Source of the DNA: Felis catus
Lineage: Eukaryota
DNA length: 64,000 nt
Direction: 5' to 3'
Assembly (NCBI RefSeq): GCF_018350175.1
Contig: NC_058368.1
Location: 153,204,001 to 153,268,000 of the forward strand
A program made the position numbers and the translations under genes. Positions 13,946-27,585 of this stretch are shown piece by piece. The notes beneath the pieces are model-generated. The model was given only the letters and a program-made list of their open reading frames with translations. It did not search any database and had not been told where the DNA came from. Position 1 is the first letter of the stretch, and each line of letters starts with the position of its first letter.

Positions 13946-15634
13946 TAATGTATCACAGGTCCACTTTAACCATGGCTTACTAAGCCTTTTTCATTTAAAC
14001 CACTGAACAACTTCGAAAAGCTATCTAACCCTTTGCATATATTTTAATAAAAATGTAAAGGTTTTCATAAGTTGAAATAGGATCAAATAATGTAATTTCC
14101 ACTGTATTATAAGTTTAGAATGAAAATTTTACATTATTCTTTTAAACTATTTGATAGGAATCTAAATATCATAGCAACTAGATACCCATTGTTATTCATT
14201 CCATTTTTAAAATATAGGAGCAGACTTTTTTCTTAGAGTTGGAAATTTTACATAATTGTCTTTTCTCCTTGAACTTGTATTTCCACTCCACTCCCACCAC
14301 AGAATTTTATCCTAATGTAATATATTTTGTGCTTGAAATTCATTTAATCTTCACTTACTCATACTTCTCTCTCACAAAACATGTATATAAATTGAAATTT
14401 AAAATTATTCTGTGGTCATAAGGCTGTATGTAAAGTGTCCAAATTTTCTTTTATTATCATTATATTTATTATTAATCTACATTGAGTAAGTCAGCACTGA
14501 TTTTAAAATATTAAATGTTTTGATAAGTAATTATCAAAAATTCATGAGAAGAGTGCACCTTGGGACGCCTGGCTGGCTCAGTCAGATCTCATGGCCTTAA
14601 ATTCAAGCCCCACCTTGGATAAATAAATAAACTTAAAAAAAAACTTAAATAAGTAAACTTTAAAAAGAAAAAAAGGAGTGCACATAGAAGTTAAAGATCT
14701 GGGAATACATTTTCTTCAAGCTGTCCTTCTCATACCACCCTAGACCCTTTGAAAAGCCATGTACCAAAGGTAAAGGAATCCCAATGCTTCAGATGCTTTT
14801 AAAGGACATCAGAGGCACTGACCTGGAGCATTGTATAGTATTAGATTATGAGGTGAGTGACCAGATTTTTATGTTGATCCAAAAATGACAAGATTCTAGA
14901 ATATGTCAGGCTTGGAACATATTAGGCTTAGAAACAGAGTCTTTCTTCACTGAGGACTCCTCTCAGAGAGACTAATCTGATTCCTTATCATCCCTCATCT
15001 CTTAGCTTCCTGGCTTTACTCAGGCCAAGGACACAAATGTCATGGTAAACATTTCTTTATTGAAAACTTCAAATGATTTCTTTTTCAGTCAGAAGAAAAT
15101 AAATAACAAGTCCTTGAATAGAAACAAAAACATTCAGAATCAAGGCCCAAATGCTCAAACTGCTCTAAGAACTCATTAATAAATTTCTCTTTCAGCTCTA
15201 TCACGTAAAATCACAATGACTTATTTAACTTCAAAAACTTCTAGAGACCAGTGTGCTAAATAAAGTTAAGTGGGCCTCAAAATGGAAGAGCAGGATTTGG
15301 AAAGCTAGAAGATTGAGGGAGAATGACCTTTGTATTACTGTCACATTTGAAAAATCCACGGAAAATAGGAATGTACCTTGGGGTCAGAGAGCCCAGTGTT
15401 GGCAACCTAGTTCTGCAGTCCACTATCTGTGTGATTTTCAGCAAGTGACTCAAGCTTTCAGTTTCCTCATTTAGCTAATAAGAGTTATTATAAGTAGTTG
15501 GTAAGTTTTCCTGGGGTTTAGAGATTGTTAGTGTAAAGAATCTATCAGTAGCTGGCAGTCTAAGTTCAGTAGCACATTGTATAAATTATTTGTTTGGTTC
15601 AGCTCATTGTTATGCTTAAAAACAATTTCTTTAT

Positions 15635-16048
15635 TAAATTTTTTTGAACATTTATTTATTTTTGAAAGACAGAGAAGGAGTGGGAGAGGGGCAGAGAGAA
15701 AGGGGGACACAGAATCTGAAGCAGGCTTCAGGCTCTGAGCTGTCAGCACAGAGCCCAACGCCAGGCACAAACTCCCGAACCATGAGATCATGACCTGAGC
15801 CGAAGTCAGACGCTTAACTGACTGAGTCACCCAGGTGCCCCTTTTTCAGTTTATTTATTTATTTTGAGAGAGACAGAGACAGTGCAAGCGGGGGAGGGGC
15901 AGGGAGAAAGGGGGAGAGAGAGAATCCCAAGCAGGCCCCACACCTTAATCGCAGATATTCAAGGCTTGAAACCAGGAACTTAGAGATCATGATCTGAGCC
16001 AAAACCAAGAGCCGGCAGCTAAACCGACTGAGCCACCCAGGTGCCCCT
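15635..16048 (-). mobile_element. Two tandem CAN-SINEs (15635-15841, ~15850-16048)
   Basis: Two reverse-complement SINE bodies, each ending gagccacccaggtgcccc or gagtcacccaggtgcccc. Confidence 0.9.
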
Positions 16049-16219
16049 AAAACAATTTTACATATCCGTACTATATTCTGAAACACCCGGGTGTTCATTG
16101 CATCATGACTATTAAGTGAGGTAGGAATGGGGGTGGCTTGAATATGTGCCGAGAAGGTTTAAAATGTTTTCTAGACCAGGGACAAAGTAGCACAATTAGA
16201 ACTGCCACCACAAAAGACA

Positions 16220-16440
16220 GTATGGTATAGAAGAAAACACCTTACATTTGGGGTCAGAAGACCATTGGACATCTTCACTCTGGGATTTCCCTGCTATGTG
16301 ACATGAGCAAGTCAGTCAACACCCTGATCTCCACTCAATCCCTGCATCTGTAAAACAAGACTAATAATCATCCTTTCCTAACTAAACTGTATTGAAATGT
16401 TGAAGAAAGGAGAGGCACTAGATGAATGTAAAATATTACA
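16220..16440 (+). mobile_element. MIR remnant
   Basis: ctatgtgacatgagcaagtcagtcaac...catctgtaaaacaagactaataat core. Another MIR remnant lies at ~15380-15570. Confidence 0.6.
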
Positions 16441-18877
16441 TCTAGTTTCTTTGATACTACCTATTCTACCATAGGGAAAGGTGACTATTACCACAGTTAG
16501 TGGATTTTTCTTGAATTTCTGGCTTAAAATTTAAGCAGAAAAATTCCTTTCAGAAAATCCTGATACTCACTGCAAAACACCCTCCCAGACTACTTATGCA
16601 TTACAAAGAGCCCAGAAGCCTGGGGCTATGCTCCCAGTCTGTCATGTTATTACTGTGTGTAATATGGGCCCTTTCTGAGTCTCAGTGAGGGATTAAGAAT
16701 TGAGTAATATGCATTTATTTCAGCTTGGGAGAAACTGAGAAGGAGGATGAGCTGGGTCATGTAGATGTGGTGATTCAAGGGGAGACTCTATCTACAACTT
16801 CCTGACATTTCACAGGGCTCTGGGTTACAAACAAGATGGTGACAGCCATTACTTTGAAAGCTACGCCCCATGTTAAACCTCCCAGCCCAGTCCCCTCTGT
16901 TCCTTGCTGTCTGCTCAGCAGGCTTTCGGTACAGAACTTCTCTCTGGTGTGCTTTGTAAATATGCTGGGCAAACACTTCTGTATTCCTAAGGAGATTTGG
17001 AGCAGACCAGCACAAAGTCAGTGGGAGCTCATACTAGTTTGTTCATTAAGCCCCACTCTGCCCTGATGGTAATCATGGTGTCCTCTCCTTCTCTGTAGTT
17101 GATCTCCTATTGGGCAACTTTGTTATTTAGCCCTTTTGTTCCTCCTTACCTGAGGCTGCTACTGGCCTCAGGGCCTCAGTTACCTTCTCCTTATAGAGTG
17201 GCCAAGGTCTTCCAATCCACTCAGGTTCTTCCAAGTGGGACAGTTCCCCTGCTCCCCTGGCAGAGAAGCATGGACCTTTTATCCTCCTTCTAAGACATAA
17301 TAGCAGATTCAAATATTACCTCAGGGGCCAAGCAGATACTGTAGATGACGCAAGAGGACCAGATGAGAAAACAGTGGCAAACCAGAGGGTAGTGCCAGAT
17401 CCATGTTTTTGCTCCTTTTTTTTTTTCCATTCCAAAAATGCAGGCCTAGTGCTGCCCTCTGCTTTTTCAAGAGAAACCAAAAATCTGATTTTTTTTTTCA
17501 CATTAAATGTGTTCGTTTTGGCAACTAAATTTCTAAAAATGTTGTCATTGGCAATATTTTAGTTATTAACTTCCAAGAGTGCATGGGTGTTTGTTATACA
17601 TTTTGCTCCATGACTTATATATACATTATCTGGAGAGATACCACATAATTTATTATCCAAACCTGGGCAGTTTAAGAGAAAAAAGGGTATGTGATTCATA
17701 TTTTTTCAGGTATAAACTAGGACTTTTCTTTTCAAGTATTGCATTCTCTACCTCCCTGTTTTGAAGGAAGGTGAAAGAGCTATCTGTGGAAGGGTGTGGG
17801 AATGGGCCTTGATGGATGGGCAGGAAGATACTCAGGCTGGAATTAATGGGCACATGAAGGACGAGACAAGAGACCTGATCACTTTGAGAAAGCTTTGCAA
17901 TAGGCAAATGTTGAAGTATGTCTATTTGGTAGGGTAGAGCCAGATTAGGAAGTGTCCTGAAAGCCAATGCAGACGGTTCCAGACTTGATGTGTTAGTGAC
18001 ACATCAGGAAGAAGAGGGCAGTGAAATGTAGAAAGGATCAGAGGAACAGAACGGGCAATAAGGCTGGAAGAAACATTGTTGAGAACTAGAACGCAGAGCA
18101 TAGCTTATTAATACATTCAGCAAACATTCACTGAACACCCACAGTGTGCTGAGCACTGTCCTGTGAGTTAGAATCTGATTCAAAGATATGAGGGATGTGA
18201 TGCAATGAGGGAGTCAGAAATTTTGAAAGAGAACCATCAGGTTTCTGTGGGTAGCCAAGGTAACCGCTGAGTTGATACTGACAGGAAGAATGGAGGCAGC
18301 CAGATTAAGGAGGTGGGAGATTAAGGAGGTGGGGGATGAGAAGGGCATCTCAGGCAGGGGGATAGTAGTGAGACGGCAGGCTAGAGAGCAAAACGGGTCA
18401 CGCAGATAGTGTCGGCCTTGAAGCGGGACTGAAGACAAGGCCTCCAGTGGTGAGACAGAAGGAAGAGATTCAGGAGAAAGCAGAAGAGCTCTGGAAAGAA
18501 CCAGCAGCTCAGGGGATGAGATGAGCAAGTGTGGTGTCCCAGAAGCAAAGGGTGGAAGTGGGGTTTCAACAGCAACCTTTCACAGAGAGGGTGGGGAGGA
18601 CAGACCCAGAAGAAGGAGGGCTTGGCTAGAAGAAGGCAGTGGTGGGCTCCTCCTTCCATCCCCAACTAGGTTAAGACGAACCTAATTCATAGCTACCAAC
18701 TCTGCACGTGTGCCTTTCCTGCGTTTCAAACAGAAAGGGAAGTCTCGGCTGCCCAGCAACTGGTTTTTCACTTTCCTTCTTGTTTGCAGCGTGTGTGCCC
18801 AGCAGAGGGGGAGGAGTGGGACCTGTAATCGGTAGTGATTCAGCCCAGCAGCACACCCTGTGACCACATCCCCATTC

Positions 18878-18910
18878 TGTGTGTGTGTGAGTGTAAGTGT
18901 GTGTGTGTGA
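18878..18910 (+). repeat. Imperfect (TG)n microsatellite
   Basis: tgtgtgtgtgtgagtgtaagtgtgtgtgtgtga. Confidence 0.85.
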
Positions 18911-19354
18911 GAGAACATGAGAGTTTGTGTTCCTCCGCGCATTAGACAAGAGAAGAACAAGGTATTACTCCAGCACAGTGTTAAATTCTCTGAATTATTC
19001 TGAGTTGTAAAACGAGGAGTGAACAGTGGAGCTTCCTCAAAACAGAGATTCTGGGCGCTCTCTGTAATTAACAGCTAGCCTTGTGGGTTTTGTGTATGGA
19101 TCTGTTTTGGTTCTGTGTTATGCAATTATTTTTATATTGGGATCAGATCTGAGTCATTCAGAGCCTGTGTCTTCTGGGCGCTGATATGACAGCAGGTGTT
19201 GTCAGTGCAGCTCTTTCTTCTCAGAGCAGGCAGCTCTTGATCTCGGGGTGGTGAGTTCAAACCCTACATTGGGTGTGGAGCCTACTTAAAAAAAATTAAT
19301 AATGATATCTATTCGAAATGTATAGCTCGCTATTTACCAGTGTAATAGAAATAA

Positions 19355-19555
<201 letters not shown>

Positions 19556-19875
19556 CGCCTTAGTGACCATTAGAATGATACTTTCGTATTTGTATTGGTT
19601 TTGAGCTAAAACTCTAATTTTTTACATACAGCTCTATAATAGGAACCTATGAATTGTACTGGATGATTAACCCAGAAGTGATTGTTGTGTTGGGAATATG
19701 AGTTACTTATCTTTGTGCAACCTGAAAATTCATTGCTATGATGAAGACTGGATCAATTTCTATCCCTTATACCATATATTCCAAGAATACTAGTTGTTTT
19801 TTTAATCATCCTGCATGGCTAACATTGTTTAATAAAAGTAATAACGATCAATAAAAACAATAGAATCCATATGAC
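19556..19875 (+). other. ADGRV1: ADGRV1 3' UTR (end approximate)
   Basis: AT-rich, repeat-free sequence between the stop codon and two AATAAA hexamers. The cleavage site is inferred ~15-25 nt downstream. Confidence 0.75.
19831..19855 (+). terminator. Tandem polyadenylation signals
   Basis: AATAAA at 19831-19836 and 19850-19855, the first such hexamers after the stop codon. Confidence 0.8.
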
Positions 19876-20498
19876 ATCACCCAGGCTCGTTATTTATGAG
19901 GAAATGTTGTGTATGAGCAAAGAAACACGCTTATCTAGTGTGGTCAAGCACCTTTTTTCTTCCAGTATTGACACAGGTCATCCAGACTTAAGACTTTACA
20001 GCTTTTAGAAGACTTTTATTCCTAAAAACCATAAAATGTTATTGTCTGTTAAAGATTCTACACTACGTGTTGACGGGGATACTGCAGTTTGCATCATCTT
20101 TCATCAAAAGTATGTATTTCTGCTCATTATAAAATTAGGGATCTGAACATTTTCCAAAATAAATGTTCTGTTCCCAGTTAAAAATAACTACTACATCAAG
20201 CATTTTAGCACAGCTAAGAAGAGGAGCATTTAAACACTGCAGTTGTTTAGGAGAAATATTTCTGGGTTTTGATTTTTCAGTCTTTCTTTGTCTTGGAATG
20301 AGAAATCAGAAAGTCTGTCCCAGAACAAACACTATTGTGTTTGTGATGATTTCATTGACTGTGGTTCCAGAAGAATCATTAGGAACAGAACACATTTGTC
20401 CTAAGGAAGCCTTTGTGACCTTTTGTTTCTGAATTTTTTAGTATTTTTGAGAAAATCAGTATCATCTCAACAAAGAAATTAAAATTAAAAATAATTAA

Positions 20499-20711
20499 AT
20501 TTTTTTTTCAACGTTTATTTATTTTTGGGACAGAGAGAGACAGAGCATGAACGGGCAAGGGGCAGAGAGAGAGGGAGACACAGAATCGGAAACAGGCTCC
20601 AGGCTCTGAGCCATCAGCCCAGAGCCCGACGCAGGGCTTGAACTCACGGACCGCGAGATTGTGACCTGGTTGAAGTCAGACGCTTAACCAACTGCGCCAC
20701 CCAGGCGCCCC
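20499..20711 (-). mobile_element. Young SINEC_Fc
   Basis: Diagnostic ggaaacaggctcc / gccatcagcccagagcccgacg / actgcgccacccaggcgcccc, with aaataattaa flanks. Confidence 0.93.
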
Positions 20712-21389
20712 ATAAATAATTAAGAGAAAACTTTGTTCCTTTAGAGCCATAATTAAAACACTTAAGTGTCCTTTAATTACTTAAGCATGGATTTACTTTT
20801 TATAAAACCTGAGTGGCGTTATTTATCTTGATGAGATTGTGAAATGACTCTTCTCTTTCTGTTAGTCCTCCCCCACTCCTACCCCCTCCCTCTTACATTG
20901 AGTGTTCGTGAGTGGATTGTCACTGTAGGTAGGAAACAAAAAGCTGCCGAACAAAATCAAACAGCATAACAAACAAAGCTCCGTCCTTGGTGGAGTTATA
21001 ATCCTTTTTGGAAACTTTAGAATAGGTGGTAACAGGATTGTATTTACGTTATGTGACAAATAAGTTGGTTGTCTCTTTCAGCCCCAGCACTGCTCTGTAT
21101 ACAGTCTGTTTCATGATAGGGTGGAGGCAATTGATGAAATTGGTTATAATATGTAAAATCTAAGATGAAAATTTTAGACTTGGTAACATTGAAATTGTTA
21201 GTAGATTTTAATGAATTGGGGGCTTATGTAATGATGATAGAAATGTGAGATTTCATTGCGTGGAATCTGTAAGTCATAGTCACTGTAACATTTTCCACAG
21301 AAAACTAGATTCTTATTTGTCACTTAAGGTATTTTCTTAAGGAATTTACTTAGGGTAAAATCAGTCTCGTTACCACCATTTTTTAAAAT

Positions 21390-22479
21390 AATTTTTTTAC
21401 GTTTATTTATGTTGAGAGAGACAGAGCAGGAGCAAGAGAAGGGCAGAGCGAGAGGAGAGAGAATCCCAAGCAGGCTCTGCAAGGTCAGTGCAGAGCCCAA
21501 CGTGAGGCTTGAACTCATGAAACTGTGAGATCATGACCTGAGGCGAAATCAAGAGTCAGATGCTTAACAGACTGAGCCAACCCAGGCGCTCCAACCACCA
21601 CCTTTAAAGTTCATGAAAAGCCTACTCACAATTGCCAGTAGCTACTCACTTTCATTTCTGCATATTGTCAGAATTTGGGGAAAGTCTGGCCTAAAACATG
21701 ACAAATGGGATACGTTTTTTACTTCAGGTTATTGGATTTGTATGGCTGTCCAAAGTACCATTTTAATAAGGAATCAAAAGGACTACCTGCTGCTGTTCAG
21801 CAGGATTCTTTTAAATATTGGAAGGAAAGAAACAAAATTTCCAGAAGCCACAGTGCTAAAATAAATAAACTTTATGTTCTAACAGCAGCAATATTTTGCC
21901 ATCCTGTTTCCTCTCACTGTAGATTAAAATGGGACATTTGCCCGGGAAGTATAATACTGTGTAGGAAGAAACAAATCAAATCAAATTCCTAAAAATGAAA
22001 ACTAAAGAAAGGGTTGAGACTACTGTGTTGCAATTGCTTTTTTTCAGGGGGTTTGAACTTCTTTCTTCATGACACTTTTTAAAATTAATTAATTTTTGAA
22101 AGGTGGGGGGAGGAGCAGAGAGAGAGGATCTGAAGCTGGTTCTGTACTGACAGTGAAAGGCCACTGCAGGGCTCGAACTCACGAAGAGTAAGATCATGAC
22201 CTGAGCCAGGTAGGATGCCTTAACTGACTGAGCCCACGAGGCGCCCCTCTTCATGACAGTAAAAAAAAAAATTTTTTTTAATGTTTATTTATTTTTGAGA
22301 GACAGAGACAGAGTGTGAGTTTGGGAGGGGCAGAGACAGAGGGAGACACAGAATCAAAGCAGACTCCAGGTTCCCAGTGGTCAGCACAGAGCCCCATGCG
22401 GGGCTCGAACTCACAAACCTCGAGGTCATGACCTGAGCCGAAGTCAGTCGTTTAACCAACTAAACCACCCAGGCACCCC
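21390..22479 (-). mobile_element. Three CAN-SINEs (21390-21592, 22075-22247, 22270-22479)
   Basis: Reverse-complement SINE bodies with T-rich tails. Confidence 0.88.
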
Positions 22480-22489
22480 TTTGTGACAT

Positions 22490-22745
22490 TTTTAAAGGAG
22501 CTTGATTAAGATGTAATTCACATCCCATACAATGCACCCATTTAAAGTGTGCAATTCAGTAGTATTTGGTATATTGGATTATTGGGGTTTCTTTATTGTA
22601 AAATATATGTAATACAAAATTTGTCATTTTAACCATTTTTATTGTAATTTTTAAATTCAGTGGCATTAATTACCTTTACAATGCTATTCACCCCTCCCCT
22701 CTATTTCCAAAACTGTTTCACCACCCTAAACAGAAACTCTGTTTT
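22490..22745 (-). mobile_element. Old L1 3'-end fragments
   Basis: aattcacatcccatacaatgcacccatttaaagtgtgcaattcagt and aaaatttgtcattttaaccattttt are typical of L1MB/ME 3' ends. Confidence 0.65.
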
Positions 22746-23819
22746 TCTCATCTCCATGACATTTTCTGTCCTCTGTCAATAGACACCTAACATTTCCTTG
22801 GGAAATGTCTCTGCTGTATTTTTGTGATCTTAAATTTGTTCTTCTTTTTGCCTCAGGTTTTCTTCAATTTTTATTTTCTAGAACATTAAAAAAAAAAAAA
22901 AGATTTTCTCATTCTGGATGCAAGCGCAGACAGGCATGCTACTGAGGTATGGAGTAGCGTTGTTGCTGTTGGAATTCCTACCAAGATAGGAGTGCAGGCA
23001 AATGAAAATCTTAGTGAGTAAAACAGAAAGAATTTCACTCTGGAACTTTAGCTTTAAGTTGTTTTTCAGTTTCTTGATGTGTCTTAGGATTGTTGTGTGT
23101 GTGTGTTTTTTTAAGTGTTTTTTTTGTTTTGTTTTGTTTTTTTTAAGTAATCTCTACACCCAAAGTGGGGCTCAAACTCACAACACTGAGATCAGGAGTT
23201 GCATGCTCCACCAACTGAGCCAGCCAGGTGCCCTGAGGAATCTTAGGGTTTAATCAATATTTCCATGTCTCCCAAATCTGATCAAAGAAGTTTAAACACA
23301 TAATTTGGGATATGAATGGAAAAAGACAATGCTTATTTAGGAAAATAGCTCCCAAGCAATTTCACCTTGTGCTTACCAGCACTTAAGATGCTCTTTGAGT
23401 TTAGCCGTAAGGCCTCTGGATAGATTTGTTTGAGGGTAGGTCTCAATCAGATAAGTTAAGTGGTGTTGACCTTCTCAGAGCACCTGGATGCCAGAGTGGA
23501 TTTCATCTAGACAGCCTGATTTTGGTAGGAACAGAGAAATCAACAAGGCCATTCCTATGTTTCATATGGTCTTTTAGTGACTAATGGCATGGACCTAGTC
23601 TCCCCGGTGCTTCTCTCTCAGGGTGTAAGTGAAAGAACCACACTGTCCAAGTGGCATTTAAAGAATGAACCAAGTGACTGAATCTAGGAACTCTTCCATT
23701 GTCTTGAATCTTCTTCTAGTCTTTTCAGCTAATAAAATAAGTAAGACAGATGAATGATATTCTTACTGATAAAATGTTGGTACATTGATGTTATTCTTAA
23801 TACATTTCACCTACCCAAA

Positions 23820-24178
23820 TTTTTTATTAAGTTTATTTATTTATTTAAGCAATCTGTATACCCAACATAAGGCTCAAACTCATGACCCTAAGATCAGGAG
23901 TTGCATGCTCTTCTGGGGGGCGCCTGGGTGGCTCAGTTGGTTAGGCGATCGACTTCAGCTCAAGTCATGATCTTGTGGTTTGTGGGTTTGAGCCCCACGT
24001 CGGGATCTGCGCTGACAGCTCAGAACCTAGAGGCTGCTTTGGATTCTGTGTCTCCCTCTGTTTCTGCTCCTCCCTTGCTCATGCTCTGTCTCTTTCCTTC
24101 AAAAATAAATAAATATTAAAAAAATGAAAAAAAAAAAAAGAGTTGCATGCTCTTCCGACTGAGCCAGCCAGGTACCCC
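23820..24178. mobile_element. Nested SINEs: + strand SINEC (23914-24139) inside a short - strand SINE
   Basis: TSD gagttgcatgctcttc at 23898-23913 and 24140-24155. Confidence 0.9.
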
Positions 24179-24934
24179 TCACCTACCCAAATTTTTATCT
24201 CATAAAAACAATTTCAACACTATAATAGAAAACCAAACTCACCTTTACAAAAATCTAAGAAATCCCAGATGCTTTATTAAACTGTAACACATGCTAGGTG
24301 GCATATACAATGAATATTCCTGAAGGAAAAAAATAAACACTATTTTTACTGCTGTCTGTATTCAAATCACTTTGACAAGTTTGGCAAACCCCTTAATTAG
24401 GAATTTACTACACTGGAGATAAAAGAGTTTAACAAGGAATATATTTAAAGCCACCAAGATACTCACTAATGCTTCAGTATCATTGATTTATGGCCAGTAA
24501 ACATCATTTTCTTAAGTAGATTACATGATTGCAGGAGAAGAAGCAAATGGAGAATAACCCTGTTTCCCATCATCTCTGACAATGGGATGCAGTTATCAAA
24601 TACTGTTGCCATGGTTCTTGGGAGTCCTATAGAGTGCTTTGGTTCAGTTCCCAGCCTGGGGACTCAACAGCTGGGTCTAACAGCTCTGACTGCCCTATGA
24701 GCACCAAATTTAGAGCTGAAGTCACTAAAAATGACTCAGCTCAAGGAAATTGTTAGCACTTCTAGGACTGAAATAGTATCTTAGTCCTGTGAGAAAACAT
24801 AGGTAATCACTGTTTTCTAATAGATAAAATAATTCCAACTTAAATGGGGTAAAGCATACTTTTTGCCTGTGATTAACCTTTAGGAGTTTATGAGCAAAAT
24901 CACAAATTTGACTTTTTTAAAAATATAGGAATGA

Positions 24935-26105
24935 GGGATGCCTGGGTGACTCCATCAGTTAAGCATCTGACCCTTGATTTCGGCTCAGGTCATAATCTCA
25001 CAGTTCGTGAGGGCGAGCCCCACACCAGGCTCCATGCTGACTGTGGAGCCTACTTGGGATTCTCTCTGTCCTTCTGTCTCTGCCCCTTGCCCCTCCCCCA
25101 AAATAAATAAAATTTAACTAATATATATAGGAATGAAATGACAACATTTGTTTCATAATACTAATGAAGAAAAGAGGCCACAAATCATTTCAACATCACT
25201 TATTTTGGATTTGATTATGAGTATGATTATAGTTATTTTATTATTTTATTTTTTTATTTTTATTTTTTCGATTATAGTTATTTTAAAGGTAAAGGTATAT
25301 ATGTGTATATGTGTGTGAGAGAGAGAAAGAGACTGAAAGAAAGAATTCTGGAAAATCAGAGCAAGAAAAGCAAGAAAATCACGATAATACATGACAGTTC
25401 GCAAGGCATGATTTTAAAAGATTTTGAAAAGCTGATTAATGAAGTGTATGAAACTGTCCATCATCCTGCCCCATAGTATATATCTTTACTCTCTGTACAT
25501 CCATCAAAATCATTTTGAAGCCTTTTGCCACATTACAAGAGGGAAGTAGTGATCATTTAATAAAATACTAGATGGAGTAGAGAACACTAATAAAACAAAT
25601 TAGAAAGGTGCTCAAGAACTATCAGAGGCATTATGGTAACTTTCTGGAACATTCCATCAAATAATGCATAGATATTATGTAGTAAATGGCTTGTTTCTTT
25701 TTTTTTTTTAATGTTTATATTTGAGAGAGTGAGCAAGTGGGGGAGGGGCAGAGAGAAAGAGGGACACAGGATCTAATGCGGGGCTCAAACTCACAAACCA
25801 TGAGACCATGACTTGAGCCAAAGTCAGACACTTAACTGATTGAGCCACCCAGGTGCCCCAGCTTGTTTCTTCTTTTAAAAGATGATCTTTGGGGTGCCTG
25901 GGTGGCTCAGTCGGTTGAGCGTCCGACTTCGGCTCAGGTCATGATCTCACAGTTGGTGAGTTCAAGCCCTGTGTCGGGCCCTGTGCTGACAGCTTGGAGC
26001 CCAGAGCCTGCTTCAGATTCTGTGTCTCCCTTTCTCTCTGCCCCATCCCCACTCATGCTCAGTCTCTCTGTGTCTTAAAAATAAATAAAATATTTTTTAA
26101 AAAAA
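24935..26105. mobile_element. CAN-SINEs at 24935-25115 (+), 25697-25859 (-) and 25890-26105 (+)
   Basis: SINE heads and tails visible. The first is flanked by atataggaatga. Confidence 0.85.
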
Positions 26106-26107
26106 TG

Positions 26108-27050
26108 ATCTTTATCCTCCACGTTCAACCACATGAACCACATGAAGAAAGGTTCCTTCTTTTTTTTTTTTTTTTTTTTACCCATGAATAGTATTCCATT
26201 GTATGTGTATACCATATGTTTTTTAGTCATTCATCTGTAGATGGACATTTGGGTTGTTTCCGTGTCTTGGCTATTGTGAATAATAACTCCAGTGAACATG
26301 GAATATCTTCAAGATACTGACTTCAGTTCTTTTGGATAAATACCAAGATGTGAGATTGCTGGATCATATGAGAGTTCTATTTTTTTTTTTTTTTATGTTC
26401 ATTTTTTGAGAGAGAGAGCATGAGCAGGGAAAGGGTAGAGAGAGGAGACACACTCTGAAGCAGGCTCCATGCTGTCCGCTCAGAGCCTGATGTGGGGCTC
26501 AAACTCACAAACTACAAGATCATGACCTGAGCCAAAGTTGGATGCTCAACAGACTGAGCCACCCAGGCACACCGTGAGAGTTCTATTTTTAATTTCTTTG
26601 AGGAATCTCCATGCTGTTTGCCATTGTGGCTGTGCGGTTTTGTAGTACCACGAGCAGTGTGCAAAGTTTCCCAATTTCTTTACATCCTCACTAACACTGG
26701 TCTTTTGGGGTTGTTTTTTTTTTATAATAGTCATCTTGACAGGTGTGAGGTGATATCTTATGGTTTTGATTTGCATTTTTCTGGTAACTAGTGATACTGA
26801 ACATTTTTTTTTATATATCCGTTGGCCATTTGTATGTCTTTGAAGAAATGCCTATGCACGTCCTTAGCCCATTTCTTAATTGCATCATTAGGTTTTTGGG
26901 GTTGTTTTTTTGGTGTTTTTTTTTTGTTTTGTTTTGTTTTTTGCTTTTGAGTTGTAGGATTTCCTTCTATTTTGGAGATTAACCTCTTCTCAAGTATATG
27001 GTTTGTAAATATTTTCTCCCATTCTGTAGGTTGTCTTTTCACTCTTTTGA
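26108..27050 (-). mobile_element. L1 ORF2 C-terminal segment (inverted part), interrupted by a SINE at ~26380-26572
   Basis: Minus-strand translations IKRVKRQPTEWEKIFTNHI...IKKWAKDVHRHF and MQIKTIRYHLTPVKMTIIKK are L1 ORF2p motifs. The SINE has TSD gagagttctattttt. Confidence 0.93.
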
Positions 27051-27585
27051 TAAGTGAAATAAGCCAGTGACAGAAAGACAAATACTGCATGATCCTCCTT
27101 AGATAAGATACCTAAAATAATCAAATTTACGGGTGCCTGGGTGGTTCAGTTGGTTGAGTGACTGACTTCGGCTCAGGTCATGATCTCACAGCTTGTGAGT
27201 TCAAGCCCTGCGTGGGACTCTGTGCTGACAGCTCAGAGCCTGGAGCCTGCTTTAGATTCTGTGTCTCCCTCTCTCTCTGCCCCTCCCCCACTCACATTCT
27301 GTCCCTCTCTCAAAAATTAAAAATTTAAAAAAATTTTTAAGTAATATTAAAATAAAGTAATCAAATTCATAGAACCAAAGAATAGCATGGTGGTTTCCTG
27401 GGGCTGAGGGAAGGGAGAAATGGGGAGTTACTAACCAGCAGGCATAATGTTTTAGTTAAGCAAGATGAATAAGCTCTAAAGATAGGCTGTACAATATTGT
27501 ACCTAGAGGCACTAATACTTTATTGTACACTTAAAATTTTGTTAAGAGGGTAGATCTGTTAAGCATTCTTACCACAATAAAAATA
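27051..27585 (+). mobile_element. L1MA-type 3' end (forward part), interrupted by a SINE at ~27130-27340
   Basis: taagtgaaataagccagtgacagaaagacaaatactgcatgat...gttaagagggtagatctgttaagcattcttaccacAATAAA (27576-27581). Confidence 0.9.

Noticed and set aside
26546..27090. Minus-strand ORFs with protein-like sequence
   Set aside because: Frameshifted L1 ORF2p remnants, not a host gene.
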